A stretch of 64,000 nt of DNA, from positions 8,060,001-8,124,000 of the forward strand of contig CM052840.1 in assembly GCA_028534125.1 (NCBI GenBank), given 5' to 3'. The position numbers were made by a program, and so were the translations under genes. The notes beneath the pieces are model-generated. The model did not search any database. It was not told the DNA's origin and saw only the letters and a program-made list of their open reading frames with translations. Below are positions 37,395 to 49,114 of this stretch, in pieces. This DNA comes from Lama glama (lineage: Eukaryota). Within the stretch, counting starts at the first letter, position 1, and every line of letters begins with the position of its first letter.

Positions 37395-37732
37395 TGTAGC
37401 AGACAGTGTAGGTGTTTTTGACCCATGGCCTTCAGTAAGTGCCTAGTGGTCTTCTTTCATGGACTCCCCCTCCCCCACACTCCTTGCCATTCCTGTTGGT
37501 TATTAACTAATGATTTTAGGGGAGGATGGAAGACAAGCTCCCTTTCCAAGCCCGCACCCCAGAGTTGCCCCTGACGGCTTTGGCCTGAGACGCGTCCCTA
37601 CTTGGCTCAACTCTGTTTCCTGTCCTGCTCCCCCCACCACTCCATGCTGGTGGCTTCTGGGGCCACGTCAGGAGTAAAGCCTTGCATCTGAACCTCATCT
37701 CAGTATCTGCTTCCCGGACCTGGGACCTCACA
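37395..37732 (+). mobile_element. LTR16-like ERVL solo LTR
   Basis: Starts TGTAGCAGACAGTG; ends AGTAAAGCCTTGCATCTGAACCTCATCTCAGTATCTGCTTCCCGG...CA. Confidence 0.6.
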
Positions 37733-39849
37733 TTGAACCCTCGCACAGTTTTGAAAGGATGGATGAGGATAATATACCCAAAGCCCCTAAAACGGTGTCT
37801 GGCATGTAGTAAGTGCTGTAGAAATGTGAGCTATTGTTCTTGTCTGAGGCTGGACCTAGAGTGGCAAGGAGAACCCAGGGAGCTATACAAGGACTTCAAA
37901 CAAATGTAAAGCCACAAACATACAACCTCTTGAGGAACCTTGCGGGGACTGAGTTATCCACATAACTGCTTTCATTTGCATCGCTGGCTGCACCCTTGGC
38001 CTTAATTACAAGGGAATAAGTGCCTCTGGCTGAGTTATAATATAAAGAGCCGGCCGCCGTGTGCTCCCATGAGACCCACCACAGGCATTCAATTTAGTTA
38101 ATAAGTATGGATACTGAAGACTTGAACGTCCTCTCTTCCGTGTGCTACTTTTTTTTTTCTTTATAAGTGAAAAGTCTTTGGTTTGTCCTTGAACTGGGTT
38201 TCCTGGAGTAGCTTCAAGGTTGCTTGTTTGAAGGTGAGCAGCAGGAGTCTTAAGAACTTAATTTTAAGAAATTCAAAGAGCAAAGGATGTACTTTGTTCT
38301 TTGAGTTCCTTAAACTTATATTTCATAGGCTTTCATAATAATTTGTCTTTTATGGATAAAATATACACAAATCACTTAGGAAAAAAGGCATCTGAAATGA
38401 CCTTGGGTGACCAAGTTCTTCTGTTTCTAAATGGCATGCACAGGGCATACATATTATTACATTTTCTATATGGTGGCATTTCTAGCACGGCTCAGAAAGA
38501 GCATTTACCATTTCTTTATTATTCAGTTCAAATATAAGGGCAAAGAAAGTTACTCATAGGATTTCTTTTTTTTTTTTTTTATGGTTTTCATTTATCAGCT
38601 CCTGGAAAAAAAAACTGATATAGGCAAAATCCCAACATGATAAAACCAGAACTAAAGTTAACAGTGGCTGAGGGGGACCTCTAAGTGAATTATTATGATC
38701 CTAGGTCCTAAAAAAAATTATTCTTCTCTGGTTCTCTCATCTGACCCCACTGCAGACTGGCTTTTGTCCACTTCACAGCACTTGCGCCATTAATGATCTC
38801 CTCCAGGACAAATGGAACGTTCTCTCTTCTACCCTGATTCACTTTAATCTATTTGTTGCCTTTGTTCGACTCAACCACTGTCTTCCTCCTCCTCCATAAG
38901 CCTCTCTTCTCCTAATTTTGTCTGATCCTTTAGTATTTCCTTTCTTTTCAATTTTATTATATATTTTAAAAATAAAAATGAAAACGACAATTAGAGATGG
39001 GGGGAGGGGGAAGTACCACAAACCAAACACTGTTATTTCATTGGATTCCTCCCCATTCCCCTAGTTTTTCTTATTGATTTTTCACATATTATGAATAGGA
39101 TTTTGTATCCTTCATTTTCTACGCAATGTTTTATTTTAATTATTTCACGTGTTGCCATAATCTTCATCACCTCCGTCCTTCATTCCTTTGAATAATTTCA
39201 TCTCTCTCTTTGACTCCCTCCTCTCCCCCAGAAAATCTGCTGATGAGCCAGAGACTACTTGGTATCCCACACTCTCCTTTTACATTCAAGTATCCCTTTT
39301 GTTCTAGTGACACAAATACTCTTAAGAAAACAAAATAAAACTCCGTGTCCGCCTTCAATATTCATGCCGAAATACCACTTTACTCTGAAATCTGGCAGTT
39401 TGGATCAAGGATGCATTCTTCTGAAATGTCCAAAACAGATCTTTCCCCTAAATAATTCTCAGGATTTTTTCAGAGCTCCTAGAAAAGTGGCACTTGATTA
39501 GTCATTTTTAACAAGATGCTAGATTAGCATTTTGTAAGTTCTCCTCCAAATATAAAATTAGTAGAAATATTAGTGATGTCCTATTTTAAGTAGGAAAGGG
39601 GTGGGAGAAATTTCCATTATAAAAAAAAGTTGGTAAACCTTAAGTTAAAAAAAAATTAAAAAGGCTTCTTTACTGCAAGAATTTTCAGAGCCTTTAATGA
39701 ATACATCCCAGCAACTAATACAGTTGGTAGGTGTTCAATAAATGTTTGCTTAATACAAAATGTGTATTGTGAATCTCCCAGAAACAATAGTACGTGTAAC
39801 ATTTCCCCTACAAAAAGCAGTTTATTTATTAGACATATTTAAGCAATTT

Positions 39850-40300
39850 TTAAAAGATTGTTTCTTGCAGCATTGTTGAGACTAATTAAAAATTTTAAAC
39901 AATCCTAACGTGCATCAACTAACCAATTGGTTGAATGAATTATGGTGCAATAAAAAGCCTTGTAGCCATTACAAGTTATGACATAAGTTAATATTTACCG
40001 ACACTAAAAGATGTCAGTGGCATATAGGAAAAAGTAGATTTTTTGTATGCTATCTGTCTAAATAGACAGGTAGATATATCACTCATATACATATATATAT
40101 ATACACATACACACACACACATATATATATATAGTGGCAAAGATATATACCAAAACGTTTATAGTAGTAATTTTTGGTTGGTGCAGTTATATGCAATTTT
40201 CACTTTTCATTTGATATTTTTATGATTGCTTATTATTGTTTGTGCAGTAAACATGTCTTATTTAGTCAGAAAAAGCAATAATGCAATTTCAGTATTTAAA
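39850..40300 (+). mobile_element. Old L1 3' fragment (L1ME-like)
   Basis: TTGCAGCATTGTT...AAACAATCCTAACGTGCATCAAC...GGTTGAATGAATTATGGT. Confidence 0.6.
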
Positions 40301-40839
40301 CAGTGAATAACCATAAGCAGCATTGAGCAGAATTACACAGCACTTGGTGTAAAATTGCAGGTAATAAACCAACCTTTTAGAAAGCTTTCCCAAGCCAGAC
40401 CCTTTCATCACAAGATTATTTTTAAATTGTCTATCTTGCTAATAGCAGCAGTAACAAAATTAGTGGTGAAACGTAGACATTAGAATCTAGCTACTTCTTT
40501 GCCTGCCAGTTCTCAGCTGTTACTTGGATTTCTGAAGAACAACTTGAACTTCAGTGAGCATCTTGGGAGGAGAAAACCACACCTGGGGCCAGGATTGGCT
40601 TGGCTCTTTTATTGTTAACTATCCCGGCCATGAACAGGCTATGGAACAATTTTAGCCTCAATTTCCTCAACTCTAGAATAAAGTTTATGGGCTAGATGAA
40701 ATGTAGGATCCGTTGAGCCGAAGTTTGATAATATCATCTGTCTCATCTTAGCAGTAATGAGTTGTTTGGAAGTAAATAAATACTGGGAAGTAAATAATCA
40801 TTGCTGTGCAATGATTTAAAGTATTTTTTCTATTCTCTT

Positions 40840-41350
40840 CACGGATGGCAAACATTATAATAAATAATCAAATAAATATATATATTTTTTCTATCAGTGT
40901 CATGCACTGTATCAAAAATCTTATAAATTTGTAGGTACTTTACCCAGCCATTCTACTTTTAGGATTTACCCTAATGAATTATTAAAGAAGGTATATAAAG
41001 ATTTAACGTCACAAAGATGTTCATTTCAACATTACTATAGGGAAAAAAAGGACATCAACAGTATCCAACAAGAACTAGTTAAATAGATAACTGGACATTA
41101 TCGAATATCACAATAGGAAGTCATTGAAATGATGCAGAAAATCTTTGTCATGGGAAGAGATTTACAACCTACTTGAAGTTTAAAAGGCTATAAAGCAGCA
41201 TTTACAATATGATGCCATATTTGTTGTAAAATATTTATATATTCATAGAGTAAGGCATGGAAGTATCTCCAACAAAAATTCTACCTGGCAATCACTGGAT
41301 TTATGTGTTTTCTAAACCTCATAAAGTTAATACACATTGCTTATAGAGTA
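40840..41350 (+). mobile_element. Old L1 3' fragment (L1ME-like)
   Basis: TTTACCCAGCCATTCTACTTTTAGGATTTACCCTAA...ACAAAGATGTTCATTTCAACATTA. Confidence 0.6.
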
Positions 41351-43487
41351 ATACAATCAGTGGACTTAGACATTTTTCCCCAGTGTGTTTCCCTTAGCAC
41401 TCTGGGTAACACAAATAAATCATTTATGGTAAAAAAAAAAATTCCATAAAACTGTATCAGTAAATGCTTGCTTAAAATGGTCATGTTAATAACACCATCA
41501 TCAAAGATAACTAATCCCTTTTCCAAAAACACTAAAATTGTGGTAAGGACAGAAATGAATGTTTTAAGTGTTTTTAAAGAGATGATAGTTTCAGTTGCAC
41601 ATGGCCTTATATTTCTTGATCCACGGTTGTCTATACATTACATTAAATGGTGCAGACAAGCACCAGTGTCCATGACCATGAACTAAAGGAAATCAAGGCA
41701 TTGTGATTCGGAGTATTTAGCACAAGGTTATTTGAAGACTCACCATTCTGCACTAAGGAATAATTCCAAGTAGTCTCTATAATGACACCATAAAGTGCTT
41801 CATGACTTTCATGGCTCTGAATTTCAGAAAATAGTACAATTTATTTAAAAGGTGATGGGAACCCAGAAAGAAGACTGACAATTTTTATTTTGCCTAGAAT
41901 ATTCTAAAGAATTCCATTTACATCACTCCATCACTTTAAAAGAAAAGATTTTTTAAAACTTAAAAAGGTCCTAATCTCAGATTTTTTTGAAAGTTCTTTG
42001 AGAAAAGTCACTTTAGCTTTATAAATAGAAGCAGCATGGTATTCGTGTCTGTCTCATTTTGCTGCAGACAGGCAAAACCTGTAGCAGGCACTAACGCTGC
42101 TTTTTGAGTCAAGTTATCTAGTAAAGAGATAGGTCCTTGCAAAAAATAAATAAATAACACCCCAGGACAAGCAAACAGTATGTATATTTAGGCGACTGTT
42201 CAGAAAGTTTTTGAGAAACAATTCAGAGAATTTAAGAAAGTGAAACATGTTAAAACATTATCTAGGTCAGGCAAGGACATTTTTAAATTTTTTTGGTTGA
42301 AGTTTATTTCAATAATGAAACAGTGAAACTAAAATGAACATAATCATCTTTCTTTGCCTGTTTCCCAGACATCAATCATGTGTGGTCTTAACAAGTTTTG
42401 TCATATTTGCATAACATCTCTGCTATTATTTATTTGCTATTTTTCCTTTCACTCTCTCTCCTAGGCAGCAACACCTATGAAATCAGAGGCTTGATGTGCT
42501 AGCGTACACATTTAACCGATCTGCTGTCTAAATAGCGCCTATTTGTCCCCACCAACACTCTCCTAACTTCCTCCTCTCACTGAGGAGCAGCGTGCTCAGT
42601 AATGAGCTTTCTACGACATATGTGTTCATGATCTTGCTTGAAGAGGGTGGCAGAGCAGTTGATGGACTGGAGAAACAAGAGCAGCCCAGGAGATTCTGTT
42701 CATGGCCAGGCTGTCTGCTTAAATGTCTGTAAGATACATGTGTCATTTCAAAGATGCTGGAAGGTACCTGTCCCTCCTGTTACCCATTTCAACATTTTTA
42801 TTGGTCTTACATGGCTCTCTACCTTGTATTATCCATTCATCCAACAGATACTTACTGAGTACCCACCCTGGGTCGAGCCGTGTCCGGGCAACAGCAGCGG
42901 ACAGAACAGATAACGTTTCTTACCCTCATGAGGCTAACACTGTAGTAGATTTCTGAAACTAAATATACTTCGTGTTTCTTCTTTTAGATTCTAAACCCCT
43001 GGAGGACAAGATCTGGGTCTAATTTAACTGTGACCCCTCCATAGCACACAGGAGGGGGTTTTGCACTGTCAAATCAGGAAATGATCGAATGTTGAAAGGG
43101 TGCATAGTCCTTCGGCTTTTTTATTCTTTGACCCCGAGAGCCACACTTACTCATCATTTTCCTTTTTCCCAGTTAATCTGTCCTTTTTTTTAGTTTTCAA
43201 TTTCTCTGATTTCAATTTACAAAATCTTGAAGATGAGAAAAGACAGAGAGATGGCTTGTGGTGAAGGAAAACTAGCAAGTGATATAAGCAAAACACGAAA
43301 ATTTCATCTATTGCATTCAAAGTGCTGTATTTCACAAATACAAGTCAGTGAAATAAATGCCTGAATGTTTAAATTCTCATAAATAGTACCCTTCAGAATA
43401 TATATTCAGATAAGAAAAAATTTAGACCTCTGTGTACTTTCCAAAATAGTTCAAAAATGTATTGGGGTCTTAAATTTGCTCTATTTA

Positions 43488-43975
43488 TTTATTTTTTAAA
43501 ATAATTTTTTAATTGAAGTATAGTTGGTTTACAATGTTGTGTTAATTTCTGAAATACAGCATAGTGATTCAGCTATACATATATATATATTCCTTTTCAT
43601 ATTCTTTTTCAGTATAGGCTATTACAAGGTATTGAATATAGTTCCCTGTGCTGTACAATATGACCTTGTTGTTTATCTGTTGTATATATAGTAGTTAGTA
43701 TCTGCAAATCCCAAACTCCCAACTTATCCCTCCACCCTCTACCACTTCCCCCCTCCACTGGTAACCATAAGATTGTTTTCTATGTCTGTGAGTCTGTTTC
43801 TGGTTTGTAAATAAGTTCATTTGTCTCATTTTTTAAAGATTCTACATATAAGTGATATCATATAGTATTTTTCTTTCTCTTTCTGGCATACTTCGCTTAG
43901 TATGACGATCTCCAGGTCTATCCATGTTGCTGCAAATGGCATTATTTTATTCTCTTTGATGGCTGAGTCGTATTG
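43488..43975 (-). mobile_element. Lineage-specific (artiodactyl/camelid) L1 3' end with TSD
   Basis: TTAATTGAAGTATAGTTGGTTTACAATGTTGTGTTAATTTCTG...; TSD AATTTGCT(C/G)TATTTA at 43473-43487 and 43976-43990. Confidence 0.92.
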
Positions 43976-44257
43976 AATTTGCTGTATTTAAAAATATTGT
44001 TGTATAAATTCATTTTTTACCAAGCAAAGTCACAAAGCCGCTTTTTCCAGCTTGAGAAATTATATTATATTTACCTTAAATTTTCATGATTTCCCAAATA
44101 AACATTTAATGTTACTAATTTTTAACCCTTAATAGGAAAGAAAAGTAAGCCAAAGATTTTTTTCCCAAGGTATTGCAAAGGTTTGCAGTTGAGCTGATGA
44201 CAGTCATTTTTATATGGATTCTTCTTCAAGAATTCAATTCACAGCTATTGACTTTTT

Positions 44258-44429
44258 TTTAATTGAAGTATAGTCAATGTACAATGTTGTGCTAATTTCT
44301 GGTGCACAGCATAGTGATTCAGTTATACATGTATATATTCCTTTTCATGTTCTTTTTCGCTATAGGCTATTACAAGTTATCGAATATAGTTCCCTGAGCT
44401 ACACAGTAGGTCCTTGTTTGTCTATGCTT
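44258..44429 (-). mobile_element. Lineage-specific L1 3' end with perfect 13-bp TSD
   Basis: Same family as 43488-43975; TSD CTATTGACTTTTT at 44245-44257 and 44430-44442. Confidence 0.92.
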
Positions 44430-46791
44430 CTATTGACTTTTTCCACCTGTATTTTTCTTCCCTCTTATAAAATAAACTATACTGATATATTCTAATTCTG
44501 TATAAAGATTAAACCTAAAAAGTAGGTAGGCTTGGACTTTAAGGCTTAAATATCATGTCGTATCTCTTCTTTTTGTGGATTTCTTCTGCCCGCACATTAA
44601 TCAGTGGGGATTTTACAGGGAGCAGGAAGCCCTGAAAATCTGGCTCCAGGTGAGTTGCTCAAGGTCATGGGCCTTTAGTAACAAAGTCAAATTCTGTACC
44701 CAGCCCCCCTCCTCCAGCCACTAGTGACACTGTCTCCCTCCAAATAAGAAAGTTGTTAACAGTACTCAGCAAACTATGCAAAACCTCTAAACCTTGTTAC
44801 CTTAAGTACTTTTTATTTTAATGGTGAAAAAAAGGTAGCAAGATTTTGCAGAGATCAAGAAAGCTTACAAGTCTAGATCAGGACTAACTGTGTTAGTTAC
44901 GGGTCTTTTCTGCCTTTTAATTCAATGTTTAGCATCTAGTGAGAATTATTATATTGCCTGCATCATGAGGACAAACTTGGCTTAACCTTTTTCTGTTTCT
45001 TTCTTTGTCTCTTCAGATACAGGAGAACACGGTTGGTAGCTTGAGAGTTGATCAGTCTGACTCTCAAATAGTTATTTATGTAATTTTCTCTGGCTTGCTT
45101 TCTCTTCCCATGGATATAAATAGTTTCTTCTTCTGGGGTAACTCTGCCTCTTAGAGAAAATGCTGCACTGCAGCGTTAGGACTGTAAATTACACATTAGG
45201 AGAGCTCTGCTGTGCTCCAACCTGGAAACAGAGGTTTATTTCTGTTCGAGTCTACACATTGGCTTGCCAGTGAGACAGCAGAGCATTATGTGGGTGCCTC
45301 TGGCTGGCTGGATTGGTAAGCAGTCCAAGCCAACACGTAGAAGGGTTCCAGGTACTCAGAAAACAATTTGAGAATCTAACACATAACAATATTGAGACTA
45401 CAAATAAATATGATATACAGTGTGTTCCTTTAAAGACCCTTTCACATACATGGGGTTAGATATAAAATTGTTGCTTATATGCCAAGAAGGTACACATAGA
45501 CAAGACTTACCGGAGGGAATGGAAATCATTATGGGCAGAAGTGTTTGGACAAGGCTTCTCAGAATAGCTGGTACTTAAGCTAGTCTGACAGTTAGAGGTA
45601 GGGTTTTTAAAGCCAGAGAGAAGAGCTTGTCCTTGGTGAGATACCCAATAAAGAGCAACTGAAGTTCTCCAACAAAAAGTTTTATTATTAAAGCAGTTAC
45701 TTGAAGACAATGTGTTTGACAGCAGTCAATAAGGTACACAGAATAGGGAGAGACCAGAGAGATGGAGCTCATGTATAAATGCACATGTTTCAGGAACTGG
45801 AACAATTTTCACTATGAGCCTTCATATTCCCTGGCTGGTAGGAATGTCAGGTCAGCTTCCTGGGTTGTCCCTCGTGTTTGGGTGGCACTGTGATGCTAAG
45901 GCGTGACGTGTTTGGCAGGGAGCAGAACCCCTGGTCCTTGGTCATCAGTCCAGTCTCTGCTGGGCTGTCCCTTGTTCTCATCCCCAGTGGCTTCTTGGAT
46001 GGCTCACTTGTCTACCTTAGGGCCCCTCTTGGGTGCATGAAAACCTACTCTCCTGCTTCCCGTGGGAGATCGCTGAGAGGTCTCAGTCATTTCTCCTACG
46101 CATCCTTTCCTAGGACACTGCTAATTCTGGGGTCTCCAGGAGACAAGGACATAGGTAATCTCTGCTCTCAATCCTCTCAGACCTGTGGGGGTTTTTGTTG
46201 AGTTGTTCGGCTCCTCCAGGGTTCAGCCTGGAAGGAAACTAAGGTGCATGCTCCTTTCTCAGATAAATACCCCAGCTTCTCTCTGGCTTTCCTTCCAACT
46301 CCCCCTCTTACCCGAGTCCTGAGGGGTCTTCCCTGGGCAGAGGGAGGCCTTGCTCCTGCATCATCGTGGATTTGCTATGACTGGAGCCCTGAGGCTCCCG
46401 AGATCCTAGGCTCCTGAAGCCCAAGGGTCTCCCCACTCCTGCTCTGCGATATCATTTCTTCTCTGGGTCACTGCCACTGACTGAAGGGGAGGTCACGGGA
46501 GGGGTTGAGAGGGGAATGCAGAGCTGTGTGTGATCTTCGGCTGTCACAAAATACTACTGCTATGGTAATAATCCAGAAATGAAGCCAGCAGGGCCAAGCG
46601 GCCTACGGACAGAAATGGAGTGAGGTGGACAAGAAATACAGGGAAGGAAGATATAACAGGATCTTGTTTGTGGAATACTCACAGGACGTAAGTGAACTTG
46701 GATGGGATTGGGCAGAACTGATGTCAGCTGCCAGCAGACCGATTTTTCCATGGCTCACATTTCCCTTTCGTTTTTCCCTTCATGCACAATG

Positions 46792-47435
46792 TTTCTTTCT
46801 TTCTTTATTTTTTCCTAGCAAAGCAAACATTATTGTGGCCCTGAGGTTGGGGCTCTTCCCTCCAGCTCTTGCTGAAATGGAGAGTTGGGGTGAGGGGCTC
46901 TTGTGTGCCCCCAACACGGCCATCACATTCAGACCCAGCACGGTGGTCTCGTGGCCCTCCCTCCTCTCTGTGACCGGGCCACTCCTGGTTTCTTGGATCC
47001 TGGCTTTTTAGGTCTCATTGTGGTTTTGGCCTTTCCCACAGGGCTCCTGTCTTTAAGACTGTATCTCACTGCCTCCTCTTCTTTTTCCACTTTTTTTTCC
47101 TTGGCAATGCTTGTCTGCTTCCCGGGGTGCCGGCCTCTTTATTTGATTGGCAGGGGTCTCCTTCCCTGGGGACACATCGGTATCCTCATTCTCTGCATCA
47201 TCTTACTCCTCCTTCCCCTCCTCCTCCAACTCTTCCTCCTTTACTTCCTCCTCCTCCCAGGGCAGGTCTGAAGTGTCATAGCCTTCCTGGCCACTGAGCC
47301 AGCCTGGAGCTGGAAGGTGACTGGAGGGGAAAGCGCCAATCCGCCAGGTCGACGTGGGGAGGACAGAGGCTCAAAGCGCAGGGTGACGGGCAACCCTCCC
47401 TGTCAGCCCGGCTTGCTGGGGGCAGGATCTCCAGA
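46792..47435 (-). pseudogene. NPM2: NPM2 (nucleoplasmin 2) processed pseudogene, 5'-truncated
   Basis: Minus-strand translation across frameshifts gives LEILPPASRADRE / PVT / ASVLP / GLALSPPVTFQLQAGS / SGQEGYDTSDLPWEEEEVKEEELEEEGKEE*DDAENEDTDVSPGKETPANQIKRPAPR / KQTSIAKEKKVEKEEEAVRYSLKDRSPVGKAKTTMRPKKPGSKK, colinear with the C-terminal ~70% of NPM2. No introns; 3'UTR with degenerate poly(A) signal (AATAAT, 46829-46834) and A-rich tail (46792-46813); premature TAA at 47203-47205. Confidence 0.93.
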
Positions 47436-47879
47436 AGAGACTATCAATTGCCCTGGACTCCTTTATTTCTCTGTCTGTCCTCACTCCCCTATAATTTATC
47501 CTATATCGAGCCATGAAAATGACCTTTCTGAAGCAACAACTGGATCGTGTCAGCCAAATTTCTCCTCTTGCTCCATCGTGCCACACAGTGCATCTAACTC
47601 CTGTGCACACAACCTGATAGAACCCTTCCCACAGGGCCACTCCTGCTGGTCCAGCTTCACCCAAGATCTCTCACCGAGGCCTGTGGCTTGGGCCAAACAG
47701 GAGGGCAGTGTGATGCAGTGTTTCAGAGCACGGACTCATTTCACGTAGCTTGCTTTGAGCCCTCACCCCACTGTTCACTTGGACAAGTTATTTGTGGTGA
47801 TTCAGTGTCTTCATCTATAAAATGTTGTTAGGAGCATTAGGTGAGGAGATATATATATATATATATATATATATGCAAA

Positions 47880-48428
47880 TATGTAATTGAAATATAGTCA
47901 GTTTACAATGTGTCAATTTCTGGTATGCAGCATAATGTTTCAGTCATACATACACATACATATATTCCTTTTCATATTCTTTTTTATTACAGGTTACTAC
48001 AAGATACTGAATATAGTTCCCTGTGCTAGACAGAAGAAACTCAATGTTTATCTGTTTTATACATGGTAGTTAGTATCTGCAAATCTCAAACTCCCAATTT
48101 ATCCCTTCCTACCCTCTTACTCTCCAGTAACCATAAGTTTGTTCTCTATGTCTGTGAGTCTGTTTCTGTTTTGTAAGTTCATTTATGTCTTTTTTTTTTC
48201 GACTCCACATATAAGTGGCATCATATATTTTTCTTTCTCTTTCTGGCTTACTTCACTTAGAATGACGATCTCCAGGTCCATCCATGTTGATGTAAATGGC
48301 ATTATTTTATTCTTTTTATGGCTGAGTAGTATTCCATTATATAAATATACCATATCTTCTTTATCTAGTTATATGTCGATGGACATTCAGGTTGTTTCCA
48401 TGTCTCAGCTATTGTAAACAGTGCTGCA
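47880..48428 (-). mobile_element. Lineage-specific L1 3' end inserted in a MIR (47700-47850, 48430-48475), next to (TA)n at 47849-47874
   Basis: AATTGAAATATAGTCAGTTTACAATGTG...GAATATAGTTCCCTGTGCT...GATCTCCAGGTCCATCCATGTTG; highly similar to 43488-43975. Confidence 0.9.
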
Positions 48429-48679
48429 AAAAGTGTACCTGGTATGTGGTAAAAGCTATGCCACTGTTTGTTAAATAAAAGAAAAATATTTTCCTGGATT
48501 GCCAGGTTTCCTCCTATCCCAGTGAATTTACACCTTCAGGTTCTTAATCCCATTTAGGGGGCCCTTCTTTCACTTGGTCAATCTTTAGTCTTCCTTCTAG
48601 AAGGAACTAAAATGTCAGGTCCTCTGAAGCCTTTCTACTACACTTTGTTCATCCCCCTCTTAAATATTGTGTTACAGTT

Positions 48680-49114
48680 TGTCTTAATTTCCTATGGCTG
48701 CTGTGACAAATTACTGCAATCCGGGGGACTTAAAACAACAGAAATTTATTCTCATTGTTCTGGAGGCTAGAAGTCTGAAATCAGTATCAAAGGGCTGAAA
48801 TCAAGCTGTGAGCAGGGCCACACTCCTTCCGGAGTCTGTGGGGGGAAATCTGTTCCTTGCCTCTTCCAGCTTCTGGTGGCTGCTCCACATTCCCGGGTCT
48901 GTGGTCACCCCTCCAATCTCTGTGTCTGTCTGGAGATGTGTGCGGACTCTTGTGATTGCACTGAGGGCCCATCTGGATAATAAAGGCTACTCACACCATT
49001 CAAGATCCTCAATTTAACACATCTGTAAGACTCTGTTAAATCACTAAAAGTAACATTGACAGGTTTCAGGGATTTGAGGCTATTATCTTTGGGTGCCATT
49101 ACTCAGCTATTGCA
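48680..49114 (-). mobile_element. MLT1C/D-type MaLR solo LTR
   Basis: TGTCTTAATTTCCTATGGCTGCTGTGACAAATTAC...TTAAAACAACAGAAATTTATTCTCA...TTCTGGAGGCTAGAAGTCTGAAATCA is the reverse complement of the MLT1 3' end. Confidence 0.9.

Larger units (their letters stand above)
36945..37837 (+). mobile_element. MIR split by two insertions (5' part 36945-37089, 3' part ~37738-37837)
   Basis: 5' part ends GGAGATAATAGTA; CCTACC follows the Tigger; 3' part CCTCGCACAGTTTTGAAAGGAT...GTGTCTGGCATGTAGTAAGTGCT. Confidence 0.75.

Noticed and set aside
46903-47271. 122-aa hydrophobic, membrane-protein-like ORF on the + strand
   Set aside because: Antisense shadow of the Glu/Lys-rich NPM2 retrocopy (GAG/AAG read as CTC/CTT).
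46792-47435. NPM2 copy as a functional retrogene
   Set aside because: 5'-truncated with no start codon, several frameshifts, an in-frame stop and a core-motif deletion.
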